From the NCBI GenBank assembly GCA_039588275.1, contig JBDHAC010000008.1:32001-96000 (forward strand): a stretch of 64,000 nt of DNA. Reading direction: 5' to 3'. Below are positions 61,606 through 64,000 of this stretch, piece by piece. Positions within the stretch are counted from its first letter, which is position 1. Each line of letters opens with the position of its first letter. The DNA comes from Gemmatimonadota bacterium. Lineage in GTDB: Bacteria; Gemmatimonadota; Gemmatimonadetes; Palauibacterales; Palauibacteraceae. Below the pieces are notes generated by a model. It was not told the DNA's origin and did not search any database. It saw only the letters and a program-made list of their open reading frames with translations. Made by a program: the position numbers and the translations under genes.

Positions 61606-63403
61606 CCGGCCTCGCGCTGGCTTGATCGCGGGCACCGCCCTGCTCCTGGCTGCCGCCGTGCTCGCGGGACAGGGGACGCCCGCGGTCGCGTCGCCTGCCG
61701 AGCGACGCGTCCTGGAGCAGGCCACACGCCTGCTCGACGCCGGTCGAGCGGCCGATGCGACGCGCGCCCTCCAGGATTTCCTCACCCGGGAGCCGGTTTC
61801 ACCTGCTGCGCTCTCGATGCTCGTCGATCTCCACATCGAAGCGGGAGATGCAGCTCCCGCGTTGCCTTGGGTCGAGCGGGCCGTCGCCCAGGGAGCGGGC
61901 GAGCCGCGCGTCCAACGACTCTGGGTCGTGAGCTTGGTTCGTGTGGGCTTCGGAGACTCCGCGCGCGCGGTGGCACGCAGGTGGGTGCGGAACTCGCCGA
62001 ACATGGCGGACGCCCACCTCGCCCTCACTGACGCGGACCTTGCGAGCGCGGACACCTCGGGCGCGATCCGTGTCCTTGAAGAAGCTCGAGATGTCGTGGA
62101 GGACCAACGAGTCGTCCTCGAGCGGCTCGCAGATCTATACCTCGCCTCCGGCGCGCGCGCGGGGCTGCTGCAGGCGTGGGAAGCGCTCCTCTCGCTCGGC
62201 GAGCCCGGGATCGTTGCCGTGGTAGAGGATGCTCGGTCCGGCGCATGGCCCCGAGAGCGCACCAAGGAGCTGTGGGTCGCGCTGTCGCAACGTTCGAGCC
62301 CCGAGTCGATGCGAAGCGGAGCTTACGCGGCATTGCGTCTCGGTAGCGCCGAGTCCGCTCGACGGTTGGCGCGCGCGGCGCAGCCGGGTGAGGTGGCGGA
62401 CCGGGCGAGGTACCTACGCAGCTACGTGGGCGAGGCCACCGACGCTGGGCTTCCGGATGAGGTGGGTTGGGCCGCGGACGAGCTCGCCAGGGTGAGCACG
62501 CGCCCTGCGGACCGTCAGCGCTGGCAGGCCGTCTCGGCCGACATGGCACTCGTGGCCGGGGACACGTCGGCGGCCCGGCGTACGTTCCAGGCTTTGCTCG
62601 ACGAATCCGAGCCCGGCGACGCCGCGCACCGATTGGCCAGCCGACGGCTGTTCTCCGTCCTCGCGTCTTCTCCACGTGACCTGCCGGAGGCCGCAGGATT
62701 GTGGGAATCACATCGACGCGCGTACCCCGACTCCGCGCTCGACCTCGCCAAGATGGCTGCCGAGCTGTCCGAGGGCCGAGCTCGGGCGGACGCGCTGCTT
62801 GAGGCGGAAATGGGCCTGAGGAACGCGTGGACGGCTCTCTCCTCACCCGAAGCGCGCGCCGTGATCCATGCGGCCGGCGCTCGTCTCGCGCTGCTCCGGG
62901 CCGAGCCTGACAGCGCGCTCTCGAGGTTGGCCCGGGCCACGGCCGATCCCGGGAGCGAGGCGGCGGCCCACACCCGCAACCTGCGCCTGCTCGCCGTCCT
63001 CGAGCGTGCGGATGCGCTCGAGCTCGAGGTGCTGGGCGAAGCGCTCCTCGAGCTGCTTCGAAGCCCGGCGGAATGGAAAGCCCAGGAAGCGCTCCGCAGG
63101 CTCGAGAGCCTCCCCGCGAGCGCAGCGCGGCCGGCGATGTTGGCGCTGTTGGCGGAGGAACTCGACGCGGCGGGGCACCCCGACCAGTCGGCCGCGATCC
63201 TGCAGCGGATCATCGAAGCGTTCCCCGGAAGCCCGCACACGCCGGACGCCTTGCTGAGCCTGGCGCGGCGAGCGATTCCGACTCACCCGGATTCCGCGCG
63301 AACGTGGCTCGAGCGCCTCATCACGACCTACCCCGAGAGCGCCCTGGCCCCGCTCGCGCGCCGCCTCCTGACCGAGCTCGACTCGGCCGGACCACAGGGT
63401 TGA
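61583..63403 (+). CDS. exported tetratricopeptide-repeat protein
   Basis: Signal-like N-terminus, Ala/Leu helical repeats, C-terminal IIEAFPGS / ITTYPES repeats. Confidence 0.8.
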   Translation: MTMGLVGSRPRAGLIAGTALLLAAAVLAGQGTPAVASPAERRVLEQATRLLDAGRAADATRALQDFLTREPVSPAALSMLVDLHIEAGDAAPALPWVERAVAQGAGEPRVQRLWVVSLVRVGFGDSARAVARRWVRNSPNMADAHLALTDADLASADTSGAIRVLEEARDVVEDQRVVLERLADLYLASGARAGLLQAWEALLSLGEPGIVAVVEDARSGAWPRERTKELWVALSQRSSPESMRSGAYAALRLGSAESARRLARAAQPGEVADRARYLRSYVGEATDAGLPDEVGWAADELARVSTRPADRQRWQAVSADMALVAGDTSAARRTFQALLDESEPGDAAHRLASRRLFSVLASSPRDLPEAAGLWESHRRAYPDSALDLAKMAAELSEGRARADALLEAEMGLRNAWTALSSPEARAVIHAAGARLALLRAEPDSALSRLARATADPGSEAAAHTRNLRLLAVLERADALELEVLGEALLELLRSPAEWKAQEALRRLESLPASAARPAMLALLAEELDAAGHPDQSAAILQRIIEAFPGSPHTPDALLSLARRAIPTHPDSARTWLERLITTYPESALAPLARRLLTELDSAGPQG

Positions 63404-63415
63404 GGAGGAGCGGGG

Positions 63416-64000
63416 TTGAGGAAAAAGAGCTCGTTCGACGGACGACGTGCCGCGGCGCGCTCGGTTGTCCTTGGCCTCGTCGCGGTCGCCTTCGCGACGC
63501 CGCTCTCAGGGCAGCTTCTCGTCCCGATGGATCGCGGCCAGGCGAATCACCTGAAGGCGTACGGACTCGCATACGGGGTCCTTCTGGAAGGGCAATCCGC
63601 TGAGTGGCTGCTCAACTATCGGGCGGGCTCTTTCCTCATCCCCGACAACCCGCAGGTTCGCCGCAATGCGGCCCTCATGGGCGTCACGATCGAGGAGCTC
63701 GGCGTGACCGGCGTGACCCGCATTCGGCGGGAGATCGAGGGCAGAAACATGGAGTCGGTACCTCTCGAAAAAGCTCCTCGCATCGCGGTGTACACCCCGC
63801 CCAACAGTTCTCCGTGGGACGACGCCGTCACGCTGGCTTTGACGTACGCGGAGATTCCGTACGAACAGGTGTGGGATCGCGAGGTGTTGGCTGGCGCGCT
63901 GGAGAACTTCGATTGGCTGCATCTACACCATGAGGACTTCACCGGCCAATACTCGAAGTTCTATCTGACGTACGCGTCAGCCTCCTGGTTGCAGGAGGAG
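63416..64000 (+). CDS. secreted conserved protein (family often auto-labelled 'asparagine synthetase B'); partial
   Basis: Absent from the ORF track (no stop in window). GAGGAGGAG SD, TTG start, signal peptide, LVPMD..QANHLKAYG, WLLNYRAGSF, PWDDAVTLALTYAEIPY, DWLHLHHEDFTGQY. Confidence 0.85.
   Translation, partial: MRKKSSFDGRRAAARSVVLGLVAVAFATPLSGQLLVPMDRGQANHLKAYGLAYGVLLEGQSAEWLLNYRAGSFLIPDNPQVRRNAALMGVTIEELGVTGVTRIRREIEGRNMESVPLEKAPRIAVYTPPNSSPWDDAVTLALTYAEIPYEQVWDREVLAGALENFDWLHLHHEDFTGQYSKFYLTYASASWLQEE

Overview
High-GC bacterial chromosome segment (roughly two-thirds GC by eye), almost entirely core housekeeping genes. Gene content and order suggest Gemmatimonadota (inference, not verified). 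Blocks in order: tail of a probable foreign island (1-~400) fused in frame to thiI; uppS-cdsA-dxr-rseP; a minus-strand manC/GlmU-like/MBL-hydrolase operon; lipoprotein-serS-orphan kinase-pcrA; murA-pgeF; rimP-nusA-L7Ae-infB-DUF503-rbfA-truB-ribF; rpsO-pnp-M16 peptidase-ald; mreBCD-mrdA-rodA; accD-folC-bacilliredoxin; hisS-proS-guaA-Nif3; pepD-lipoprotein-MlaEFD divergent from an OPT transporter; hsp20-clpB; mce-GT2 divergent from trxA-rsmI-DUF4175-TPR-secreted protein (truncated by the window end). I saw no tRNA, rRNA, CRISPR array, transposase or integrase. The most unusual signal is non-coding: the ~270 bp ahead of mreB holds a palindromic operator over a promoter, a leader with a duplicated 14-mer allowing mutually exclusive folds, and an 18-codon Arg-rich uORF with an (AGG)5 Shine-Dalgarno coupled by TGATG to an SD-less mreB. 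All family assignments come from motif recognition by eye; no searches were run.
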